64,000 nt of DNA, taken from the NCBI GenBank assembly GCA_022605425.2, contig CM061248.1:558001-622000 (forward strand), read 5' to 3'. Shown piece after piece: positions 52,818 to 64,000 of this stretch. The DNA comes from Hamiltosporidium tvaerminnensis FI-OER-3-3. Its lineage: Eukaryota > Fungi > Microsporidia. Both the position numbers and the translations under genes were made by a program. Numbering within the stretch: the first letter of the stretch is position 1; each line of letters begins with the position of its first letter. The notes under the pieces are model-generated. The model did not search any database and was not told where the DNA came from. It saw only the letters and a list, made by a program, of their open reading frames with translations.

Positions 52818-55800
52818 TATTTTTTTCTACATAAAGACATAAATTTTCTCGATAATAACCCACAAATTTAAAAAGTTCATAAAGTATCCCTTTATTCCTA
52901 TGATTTTCAATTTTTATCATTATTGCATTCATATTTTCTGTAAATTGGTGCATTTCAATTGATGATGAATATGAAGTTTCAAAATATATAAGATTTTTTG
53001 CAAAAATTAAAATTTCATTAAGTGTTTTTTTGGTTTTAATATTATCTAAATCATACTTGCTTATTTCAGTTTCAATTCTGAATAAATAGGTATCATATGT
53101 TAAACTATTTCTATATTCCATTGATTCATCAGCAATACCTATTCTAAGTTGATTATCTATTTCAGAAAATAAGGCTGGAATCATATCCAAATAATGTGAG
53201 TAATTAGCGCATTCATTTTCCAAGAAAATGTTTTCAATCCCACATATTTTATTCTCTAGTTGTTCAAGATAATCATTGTTTGGTTTTGCTGCATTTAAAT
53301 TATTTAATAAGTGGATATCATTAGGTATAAAATGTGGATCAACCTTACTAGTGTCAAATTGTTCTTGAAAAAGGCGCACAGAGTCACCATCTACTCTATT
53401 GCCAATATTAATTGTTGATGAAAGCCCATTTTCGTTTTGTAGATAATCAGGATTTTGACACAAAAGGCCTGAAATACCCGAAACTGGTTTCGAAAAACGC
53501 TTTTGTCCGGAATATAATTTAGTTGTTTTTCATTTGTTGATTTCGTGACTTTTTCTTCAGTAGATTCTTGTGGTGAATAATGATTTTTCATGTCTTGATT
53601 TTGTATTAGAACGAAAACATTATAGCTATTTGATAAATTTTCCTCTGTAGGATGTGATAAAACACCGGAAGCACTTTGAAAAGATTGATGTGAAGCAAAA
53701 TTTGGAATGAAATCGCTATTTTGAAAATAATAATCCACTGTAAAAACTTGGGAAGCATTGAAACCAAAATTACTCGGCTGTATCTCACTTAATTCTGTAT
53801 CAGCAGTGTTATAATACGAATGAAATTCATCTATGGTTGTAGATATGAAACATATAAAAAATAAAAAGCCAGATCTCTTGCTCATAAAAATTTTCATAAT
53901 GGATCGATTTTAAATCATTTAAATGCTTTGAAAATGTTCTAGATCATGTTTCAGACTCTTAAAATTTTTTAACACTAACGATCTAATTCTATTTTGTACT
54001 ATGATTTATTCGGTGCATTTACATTGCATGAGGGAAGTAGTTTAAAAAAACATGGTCAATTACTGTTTTGTTGTTCAGCATATATTCTTTATCATTATAT
54101 TTATTAGAAAAAATAGATAGATTTTAGTCTTGAATCATTAACTGCCGAGAAATTGATTCCTGAATATCATTTTTAGCAAGAAATTAGATACAATATTCGG
54201 ATTATACCCGGAAGCGTTTAATCGAGCATATCATAGCAAATATCAAAATTTTTTCTCATTTTAAGCTTTTATAGACTGTAAAATTCATTGTGTTTTCTTT
54301 GGCATAGTTTAAACCAAGATAGTATTGTCAAAAAATTATTTGTATATGTGTACTTTACTTAGGTTCATTTCATAAGAAAAGTATTAATAACAAAATTAGA
54401 AATTTTATTGCAATTTTTAGAGCTTAAATATCACAAATCAATCGAAGTATAGTATCGTAGGCTAGGTAAATTTTTTATCCTTTGCAAACTTATATAACGA
54501 TTGCTCAATAAATTTTATTATAAAATCTAAAATTATTAGGAATTATATTTTTCTTATCGAAAAATTCACAGGTAATTACAATATATTTATGAAAGTCCAA
54601 AATTTATATGTTTAGAAAGGCATCATATGCTGATTTGTTAACAATAGAATACCTTATTTTATTGTGAATAGCATACGACAACGAGGTTTTGAATACAAAA
54701 AATAACTTTTAGATAGTGACTCTAGAAGCTTAGGATGAAATGTGGCAGAAAATTCGTTTATTAAAAGCAAAAAACTAAATGTGGCACGATAAAAATTATG
54801 TCAAAATTTTAATTATCTGGCTCAGGTAATTTTAATCCGAATATTGAATACAAAAAAAAACCGAAAGTAAACTATAAAACGTTTAAAAAAGCTCATGTTT
54901 TCATATTGTTTTAATTACTATGGTGTCATGAAAGTACCAATTTTTGCCTGTCCTCATCTTTATTAGATTAACGATATCAAAATTTCAAGAAAATTATTAT
55001 AACAGCCAGTAAATCAAAAGAAAGAATATTTGAAACTGAATTTAGCAATAAAAAAATTTAAACTTTTTTTATTAATGGTGTTGAGTTAAATCTCTGAAAG
55101 CACAGAGGAAATTGCACAAAGATAATAACACCTGAGGAATTGTTTCAACATTAAATTATCTCTACTCTTCGACAATAAAATATTATGCAGCTGATATATA
55201 AATCCAGATACTAAATGACAAATGAATAAGTTTGTTTTGAAAAATTGTCTCAGAAATTAAAAAATTAAATCAACCAACTATACACTCGTTAGGAAGACCG
55301 CTACGCCTCTGAAATAAATCGGTACTTTAAATCTTGATAATAGAAGATACACAAGAGAACCCGACATTTACATATGTAAAAGTATAGGTAAAACTAATAC
55401 AAAGCGTACAAAGAACTGAACATTAAATTAAATCTAAAAAAATATATATCCCGTATTCAATTAAATTTGATATTGTTGATCAAATATCATTAAGAGATAT
55501 TTCGACTTTCACAAGATAGTCATTCTAAATTATACGATCTGCTTAGTGCAGTTATTATGATAAATGATGTATGTATTAGCCCGGCGTATAAGATAAGTCT
55601 ATCTTCTAAAAATTGCTTTAAAAACGCAATAGATTTGTTATGATGCCAAGAAAAAAAAAATTTTAACAAATCCTAAATTTCTAAGAAAACGAAGCGATTT
55701 CATGTACGAAAAAGAAATTCTAAAGGTTATAAGCTAAAAAAGTATTTATCGCACTCGATAATTTTTTCTATAAGCAAAATTTTGTCTAAAGAATTTAAGC

Positions 55801-56119
55801 ATTGATAAAAAATACTAAAAAAAAATCAAAATTACACAACGAAATAAAAATCATAATTTAAATTTTTAAAACGCGCAAAAAAATGCGCTCATTCAGGTAG
55901 TGGAATTGTTTGCTAGTCAGAAAAAGAAAACATAAATCTAGATTTTGCAAAAATTTTTCGGTTTCAGTAAAGATAAGAATATTTCTGATATGCTAAAAAA
56001 ACTGCCAATAGTTTGGAATTACAGAAAATACCTGTAAGGTATTCTGCAAAAACCCAGGTAACTCTTCGCAACCATAAAACATGACATAAATGAAAAATTC
56101 TGTGTATAGCTTCAATTCT

Positions 56120-56540
56120 TGTCATAATCAAAATTTAAAAAAGAATTGGTATCACTTCTTAGGAAATTATAAAACTCGAGTATGCATGAATGAGATTCGA
56201 TATCGGAATTAAAACACTTACATAAATCTGTAAAAATTTACTAAGTATATTTGTTTCAAGCGTGAAATTACAAAGATTGCGTTCATTGAAATAAGAATCA
56301 CTTCACAAGATTCACTTTAAATTTTTGAAACTAAAAAACGATTGAGTAACAACTTTTTTTATAATTGATGATTCTATTATTGGATTGGCATGGAGATAAT
56401 TCATTAATGTTATTTGCAATATTACTGTAATTAAATGACATAAGATTCATAAAAAAATCCACGTACTTGGTGAATTAAAGGCATGTAAACGCTCGATAGT
56501 CTTAAAAAAATGGTAAAAAAAATTTATGAGCGAAAAGAGT
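56120..56540 (+). mobile_element. Decayed REL-domain fragment of the R4/Dong-like element
   Basis: TTCATTGAAATAAGAATCACTTCACAAGATTCACTTTAAATTTTTGAAACTAAAAAAC aligns with 13231-13288; CGATAGTCTTAAAAAAA matches SIVLKK. Confidence 0.7.
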
Positions 56541-57503
56541 GATTACCATAGCCGAACTTAATATGCACACATAAAAATAATATGGTTGTGTAATACACAC
56601 AACAGTAATTCCGAAAAATATATTTCTGCTACATATAACTGCCAATAAAGAAGAAATGCCAAGTAGCAAACAAATAACTTATCAAACCAAAAAAAAATTG
56701 AAAAAACGATCGAAATCTAAAAATTGACTCACTAATCACAAATACAATCAACCATTAAAAACGTTACAAATAAAAAAGAGCATTCAGTAGAATATGCGAG
56801 GAAAAACAGTTGGCAATATAACCCATATCAAATTTATTATATTGGCAATATTTAAAGTTTCCTTTAAAAGTATTATTAACTAGAAACATTTGAATATTTA
56901 TATTTTCACATATTATAGATTCTATTGGTGTTTAAAATGCCTTTATTTATTTATATTTATTGGTACTTTTACATTCTTTAATAATATAAATACGCAATGT
57001 ATATCTAATAAATTTATTACAAAGAAATATTTTTGACAAATAAAACACTAAAAAAAGAAAAAAAATACAGAAATAGAAAAAAATCTCTTTTACATTGTTA
57101 AATTTATTTGCAAGCAAATATAACAACTTAAATAATGATGAGAACCGAAAAAAAAAACTTTTGCTGAATTTATAAACAAGTATTTTATAATAAAAAAGCA
57201 AGAAATTTTCTTGTATTTACTTAAAAAGTATAAAACCAATATTTCAAATAACATATATTTTTTCCCTATAAATCAGTTGAGATAGAAATGTGACAAGACA
57301 TGTTAGTCATGATCTCTTTGATAGATTTGACATTGGATTTGTTTAAAAAAAGTCATATTCCGTTAAGTGATTTTTGATAAATTAATTGCCTAATTGGTAC
57401 TTAAATTCGAAAATCTCCTTTACTAAAGGGTGAAGGTTTACTAAATTTTCAAATCAATAAAATAAACCAATCTAAATTAAATATTTTGATTAAGATTAAC
57501 CCG

Positions 57504-58103
57504 ATGGAAGAAAATATTCTACAGATATATAACGATATAAAAAGACATGTGAGATGTATAACAACATCATTTATATTTATAAGTACATACAATACTATAA
57601 TGTCTATCCTTGTTTTTATTCTGCCAACTGGTCGTAAACCATCGGATTCGTATAAAAAATATGTAAACAGTATTAATAAACTTTTTAAAAGGTGTGGATT
57701 CCTTGCTGTTGTGATAATAAGAATAGTAAATATACTAAAATTGGGAAGAGAAAAAGACATTTTTTATTCAATTCCGTTGGACTTGCTGCTTTTTTATGTT
57801 AACAATAAGAATATAGGTACATTTTCTATCGTCACTAAAGCATTTAAAGAAAAAAATTTAAATCCTTCAGGTCATATGTTTACCTTTTCATATTCTTTTT
57901 ATATTTTGACACGCGTCCTTCTTACATCAAAAAGCGTTTTTCTTATTTCTACTTGCCTATTTACAATTTTAATTTATACTTTTTTGGCAACTTATACAAT
58001 CATTTATCATCATACTAAATGGGAATGTTTTATTGGATTAATTCTTTGCAATATTACTGCATTCATTCATAATTATATTCTAGCTTATGTTGAAATGAAT
58101 TAA
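57504..58103 (+). CDS. Multi-pass membrane protein, FIT/Scs3-like (PAP2-related acyl-CoA diphosphatase / lipid phosphatase)
   Basis: Several hydrophobic helices. NPSGHMF and YTIIYHHTKWECFIG correspond to the SGH and T..Y.HT..E...G catalytic-histidine motifs. CCC at 57500-57502 precedes ATG 57504. Confidence 0.75.
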   Translation: MEENILQIYNDIKRHVRCITTSFIFISTYNTIMSILVFILPTGRKPSDSYKKYVNSINKLFKRCGFLAVVIIRIVNILKLGREKDIFYSIPLDLLLFYVNNKNIGTFSIVTKAFKEKNLNPSGHMFTFSYSFYILTRVLLTSKSVFLISTCLFTILIYTFLATYTIIYHHTKWECFIGLILCNITAFIHNYILAYVEMN

Positions 58104-58699
58104 AAAAATGCATTTTTTAAACTAAATAAATTTAAATGTTAATCGAGTAATTGAAGCAAAATATTTTTTAAAGTTACTTTTCAAAAATTTGTAAATATTT
58201 AAGTAAAAGAGACTTCCAAAATATTGGTTTTATTAAAAAAATATAAAGTAAGGCATATAAGTTTGATATATTTTTAGTTTGTATTAAAACTAATTCGCCA
58301 AAATATTTTTGGAATAGTCCTACTATATCATTACCTTTTAGTTTTAGTATAAAAAAATTATCTTCAAAATACAGCAAAGAGGTGAAATTTTTTGCGTGTA
58401 ATAAATATGTGATGAGTCTCTATTCTGCTTTACACTTAACCTGTCTATGTATAGCCTGTAAATATTCTACGTGTTATTTTATAGGAAACATTAAAACACC
58501 GGTTAAAATTTATTAGACTATTTAAAACAGATATATTTTTTACTTTTTTTTGACAATTAATAATAGAGGTGTATATCAACACCAAATACTGTCAGCTTGG
58601 CAATAATTGGAAGAAATTTATGTGGAATCACAGTTTTTTCAAATAAGAAAAAAATTACTGTACGTTTTTAGTTTTTTCATAGAATTCATACAACGAAGG

Positions 58700-59285
58700 A
58701 AAGTCTACAAATTGGTGAAACCATTTCTAAAAAGTAAATTAATATTCGTTTATGTACCAATATCGGAAACCATGATCGGATTTTTCGGTAAATGTCATGC
58801 AAAAGCATCTAAACCGAACCTTATTTACTCGTGTTAAAAGGCGCTGCCTGGGCGATACAATAAAACATATTCTTCGAAAATCTAGGAAAGATATGTGACA
58901 GGCTATACTTTTAGATATAAATTGTAACGTCTCGATGAACCTTATCTAAACCGCTGATATATATAATAGCTGGAAGTCTATTCAGTTCGGAAAGCATAAA
59001 CAAGGTGAGAATTCTACAGGTTTTAGATGACCTAGGATTTACTAAACTTGCGATCACACTCTAAGGTAACCTATATTTACGAATACCGCGTAACTCTTCC
59101 GCATATTAAGTGAGGTATTTATACTTCTTAGATAAAAGCTTTGGGATGTAGTTATATCTTAAAGAGTACTGTTGGGCTGTTGGAGAAAATTTTATCTATG
59201 TTAGACCTAGAACTGCCCGAAACCCATGAAAACAAAATAACATATTCAAGTGTTCAAAAAAGTTTGATGTTTATTAAAGATATTT
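58700..59285 (+). repeat. Copy D of the ~700-bp non-coding dispersed element
   Basis: Shared blocks with copy A: AAAGGCGCTGCC, TAGCTGGAAGTCTATT, ATCACACTC, TAGATAAAAGCTTTGGG, ACCTAGAACTGC..CATGAAAACAAA. Confidence 0.75.
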
Positions 59286-60849
59286 TTTACAAAACAAGTT
59301 AATAGTATGAACTATGAATATTTCTTTTTGTTTATACAGGCTATAATATTCTATCAAAAAAGTGTAGCGCCTGGTATTCGAATTTTTATTTCGATTTATA
59401 AAACTAATCACTTCTAATTATATACGATCACTTCAAAAATAATATACATTATAAATTTCTTTGTTTTTTAAATACTAAATTCCTAATATTTTTCATAACA
59501 AAAAATCATGAAGATTACTTTCTTATGGTTTCTAATTGTATTATTTGATTTTTTTGATAAAGTGTATTCAATACTTTCTATATAACCTGGAAATATTCCT
59601 TATATTTATGTAATTTACATTTTTACTCCGTGGTTGGTATAGCTGACATTTAAAGTTAGCAAGAATTATATTTTCGAAAGCAAGTTTCTATTTCTAAATA
59701 AAGTTATGCTATAAAATAAAACTCTATCTACAAAATAAACATGCCTCTTAATACAAAAATATAAGGTATGTAAGCAAATAAATAACTGTGGGGTTTCTTT
59801 AATTATACTAGCGAAACCCGAAAAAAAATACACCTTAGTACAATTTTATCCACAGAGAAAATTTTAATGGTTAGAATCCAAGACATTAGACTATATTTAT
59901 CGTTTCAGACCCTATGCTATATAATATAAATATATCATTTTTTAATCACATTTCAATTTTACATATATTTGGTTCTAAATATTTCTTTGACTCACTTTTC
60001 AATCATATATATTTAAAAATTAAAGATTTAATTTACTAAATAAAAATTATTTTGTTTTAAAAGAAAAATGAACCGATTGAAATATTTTTCTAATTTTATA
60101 TTTTCAAATCCTTTAATTTTTTAGAAATGATCTTTATTTTTACAATCATAACAAATATCAAATTCGATTAAAAAAAGCCTCATTATTCCTTATACCAAAA
60201 AAAGCAAAAAATTTCTGTTATCTAAATATATGTTTTGTAAAAAAATATACAGTGATTAATTTTATAAGCCTAAATAGAGTTATATCGATACTAGTGTTTC
60301 AAATACAAAAATAATACAATAGACAAAATCTTTATATAAAAAATAGCATTTGGCATATATTAAAAAATATATTGAATGATATCTATCTATCTTTATAAAA
60401 ATGAATGTATGTATATTATTATTGTCAATAAAAGGTTTTAATTTTAATATAAAGGTATATTAACTAAAGGCTTGAATAATAGAATTTCTATTTAAAAATA
60501 TTAGTAAGAGTTTGATTTCAATTAGGTTAATGTAAAGGCTAGTATATTAAGAATGGTAATATACTGCGTGTGTATTAAAAGAAAATGATATGTATTATAT
60601 GACTCCAAAGAGCTCCAATAAAGAGTGTAATCGGTTAATCGGGTAATAGATTTGCGTCTGTGAGACCAAAGCGTGTTATTGAATATGTTTCTTAGATTGA
60701 CAGAGTGTTAATATACAAGTTGGATGTTAAAAGGTGCAAAATAAGTATAAATATTAAGAGGGAGTATTATAAGTGTAGTAGTTTAAAGTGTATTAATAAC
60801 ATACATCCTCTATTACTAGGTTTTTAAGAATTATTACCATAAAAATATA

Positions 60850-63020
60850 TATGAAAGCATTCTATCCCCCGAAAAAAACGTGAAAACCATTCTTTTGACA
60901 ATGACCTATTGATTTACTTGCAAGAAAGCAGATGATTTCAAAAGTTCCAACATATTACACATGGAATGTATTAAGGAATTTTTTCCAACATTGGAAACGA
61001 AGGCAAGGCGATTGAAGGAAATCCAAAAATATATTTTTTTAGGCTAATTAGGCTATTTTGAGATAGCTCATTCAACCAATATAGAATGTTTCTACATCCA
61101 ATTGTTATACATTAACAGAAATGCTCTGAAATATTACCGGTGGTTTAAAAGGTAGAGGATGAAGTATGTGCGGTCTATAGAGAAGTAAGTTTAAATATGT
61201 GTCAACTTAAATCAAAGCCGAAATAGAAATCCCGTTATTGGATATATAGAATACAGCATAACCTCTGTAACTACGCCATCATTTACGATAATATTGACCA
61301 TGTGTTTCCCAGAAAATAAAATAACTAGAAAATATTCGAAGATAACATGAAGAAGACATTCTACCATCTGTTCGAGCACCAATCTAAAAATGTGCTCTGC
61401 AAAAAAACGTATACAAGCAGGCTTTTAGTTCGATTGGGGAATATTTCTGACAATCGCTAGAAAATGATTGGTGTAAAAGCACATTTTCGGCAAATCGATT
61501 AATAAAAGACCCATGTATTTCGAAATTTACATCATAAAACACACCTCCGTCAATAATTAGGCAAAATTACTTTCAAGAACCTTTTAAAATCGATTCCAAA
61601 AAGTGTCTTATATAACGCAATTATGCACAAAATAGAATTTAGGTAAGAATTCTGCTTCATAATACGCCGGTTGGTACGAGAATGGAATTTCTCGTTTCAA
61701 TAATTTTGGAAAACATACGATCACAGAATAAAACTGTACTACGATTTCTTCATCTGTAATTGGAGTAACACATTGGGATGGTGGTAATTCAGAAACCCGC
61801 AGCCCCGAAATCGCCATGAAATTTAACCAGCGAAACAGAAAATGCAATATGCCAAAAATTTCGGAGTAGGAAAAGCTTTTCAAACAAGTAAACCTATTAT
61901 ACAAAACCAATTTACAATGGTAGACAAAAGCAATTTAAAGTGCAGATCGTACATTGCAAGATTTAGGGGGAAACAGACAGTCTTTTGATAGGACACCAAT
62001 TTTATTGTCTGATGATTTTTTCAAACACCAAGGCTTATTACAGCGTTCTTTTTCGATTAATAAACTACTCGAATGTTTCAAATTTTCTGATTTATAGTTA
62101 AAATTAAGAAATTGACATTGACTATCAAAATAAGTGTTAACTACAAAAATTTACATCAGCCGAAAGTTTTGAAATTCGAATGCTAGATATTGGTAAAAAA
62201 AAGATTGCAGGCAATAGAACTAGAAAATGTATAGCTCACCGAGAAAATTTAAGACAACATGGCTAAAGACAAAGACGCTCCCGAAATTTTACTAAATATC
62301 ACTGTAAATTACAAAACTATCAGTAGTATCGCTCATGTTCGATTGTAGCGCTTCAAAATTGTGTTAATGCTATTAATTAAAAGTAGAAAAGCAATACCTA
62401 CGAACCGAAAACATAAAGTTTTGGAAACTTTGATGAAAAAAACAATGTTTTCAATTACCCAAAGAATTCTTGAATTTACTGGATTTGCTAGGTATTTCAC
62501 GGCTGGCATTCAAATTGATAATTTCTGTGTCTTTAATTATTCCCTGAAACCTGAAACCTTTAAAACTTTGTAAAAATATGAGACTTTCAGTAAATAAACC
62601 ATGAAAAATGTTTTCGAAGCAGCAAATTGGAATTGAAAATACAGAGGAGAAGAGGTATTTGTATCAAGTATTATAATTGCTCTAATAGATATGCAATTTA
62701 AATTGAGACTTTACAGTTTCCGATCCAACTCGGTTTCGCGATGATCACGAAGAAAGCTCAATAATACCTGCTGCAAGCTTAGAAAAAACCCGTGGAATAC
62801 GGGCATCTCACATAGACAACTTTATGAGAAAACTTCACGCGTAAAATTTCTAACTTTTTCGTATACTTACCAGATTAAAAAAAAAGAAATGTACATCTGA
62901 AAGTACTCGAATAAATATATTATTTTTAAACAAATAAACTTCAGTCCTTTATTTCAATTTTTGGGTGTTTCATTCTCTTTTCCTTGAAGGCCATAGCAAC
63001 GCTTGACGAGCAAGCCAGAA
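60850..63020 (+). mobile_element. Decayed Helitron (RepHel C-terminal / PIF1 helicase region and 3' end)
   Basis: 62460-62830 translates across breaks to EFLNLLDLLG...LCKNMRL....KNVFEA....YRGEEV...LQFPIQLGFAMITKKAQ...SHRQLY, matching PIF1 motifs (EFLN, LCNGTRL, QFP..AFAMTINK.QG, SHGQLY). GGCCATAGCAACGCTTGAC...CCAG near 62990-63018 resembles a decayed Helitron terminal hairpin. The left boundary is uncertain. Confidence 0.8.
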
Positions 63021-64000
63021 TTAAATTAATATAATTAGATAAATTTTGCATTTAACAGTGCTTTTTAAATCTAAAATTTCTTTAAACATCGTAAACTGAA
63101 ATAATCACGGAGAGAAGCCTAAAATTTGATTTTTTGAAAATTTATTGGAAACGTAATTTGAAACAGGCATTTTATATCGACAAATGGTTAATGAAGGCAT
63201 ATTTAGATTTTTCAAAATATTATTTTCAACTCATTTATTATTGAACGAAAAAAATAGAAGGAGTCATAGACATGTAACATCATATAAATATCTTAACTAT
63301 TCCTAAGTCTATAGAATGAATCTCAACTCCAGTATATAATATTCATATTTAAAATCTAAAATTCTAATTTAAACAGAGACTAAAAATTTTAAAATTTAAT
63401 TAAAATTGAATTTCTAAAATTGATTTTGTTCAAAAATAGAACATAAAATATTTGATTTCTTCCATCAAGAAAAATTATGAACATTTGTTATACTTTTAAA
63501 TTAAACATAAAAAAATCACGAAACATAAAAAAAGTTGAAATCTATCATAATTATTTCATATGAATATAGATGCATATTATGCCATCTTGAATTAAGGTCC
63601 ATAATCGTCCAGTTGAATTGAAATAATTGAATTCGATATATCAAAGTTGTCATAAAAAAAACGAAAATAAGTAGATACGATCAGCACTAAAGGTAAATTA
63701 GCAGGTCATTCTATTTCATATGAAAAGAATAATGAAAGTCTTAATATATTTTTTTATTTTTCTAATATTGGGAATAAGCAGAAATTCTTTAGTTGAAGAG
63801 TGTCTTAAAACATAAAACATAAAACGACCAAAATATACTAATTTACGGAATGAAACGTAAATTTTGCACAAATGATAACAAAACAAGTGTTTTAGATTTT
63901 AAACACTTAATAATAATTATAAATATATTTTAATTTAAAAAATTTATTGAAGAAATTATATAACAATTTAAATATATTTTATTCAATTGATCTACAAATA

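Larger units (their letters stand above)
50409..53897 (-). pseudogene. Secreted hypothetical protein gene disrupted by a mariner insertion and frameshifts
   Basis: Signal-like N-terminus (MKIFMSKRSGFLFFICFISTT). ORFs 53391..53897 and 52762..53463 lie on one side of the transposon; 50820..51038, 50632..50856 and 50409..50618 continue on the other. Confidence 0.7.

Noticed and set aside
57260-57440. Possible snRNA/snoRNA upstream of the FIT-like gene (CCC motif, Sm-like ATTTTTG)
   Set aside because: These motifs are too common in AT-rich DNA, and no known snRNA core could be recognised.
1-64000. rRNA/tRNA genes and the remaining 60-100 aa AT-rich ORFs
   Set aside because: No tRNA cloverleaf or rRNA signature was seen. 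The short F/I/K/L-rich ORFs, often with TTG/GTG starts, are expected by chance.

Overview
Very AT-rich, gene-poor eukaryotic DNA. It is most consistent with a large-genome microsporidian, possibly Hamiltosporidium-like (inference). The basis is intronless compact genes with a CCC motif just before the ATG, a divergent RPS14, secreted LRR-like pseudogenes and Asn/Thr/Asp tandem repeats inside a housekeeping gene. Four or five genes look intact or nearly so: a hypothetical 166-aa ORF, a membrane-anchored atypical kinase, RPS14, a UBP14/USP5-like deubiquitinase split by a frameshift, and a FIT/Scs3-like membrane enzyme. Three secreted-protein pseudogenes are also present. Much of the rest is transposon-derived. 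There are two near-full-length, convergent R4/Dong-like (RT + REL endonuclease) retrotransposons that share the same inactivating lesions, plus five older fragments of that family. A plant-type DD39D mariner with perfect 31-bp TIRs sits inside a secreted-protein gene, and RTE, Helitron, Tc1, Merlin-like and gypsy remnants are present. The most unexpected signal is a ~700-bp non-coding, hairpin-rich dispersed element found in at least four divergent copies and invisible in the ORF track. A ~250-bp bipartite RTE-derived element is also present. Boundaries of degenerate elements are approximate because they were aligned by eye.
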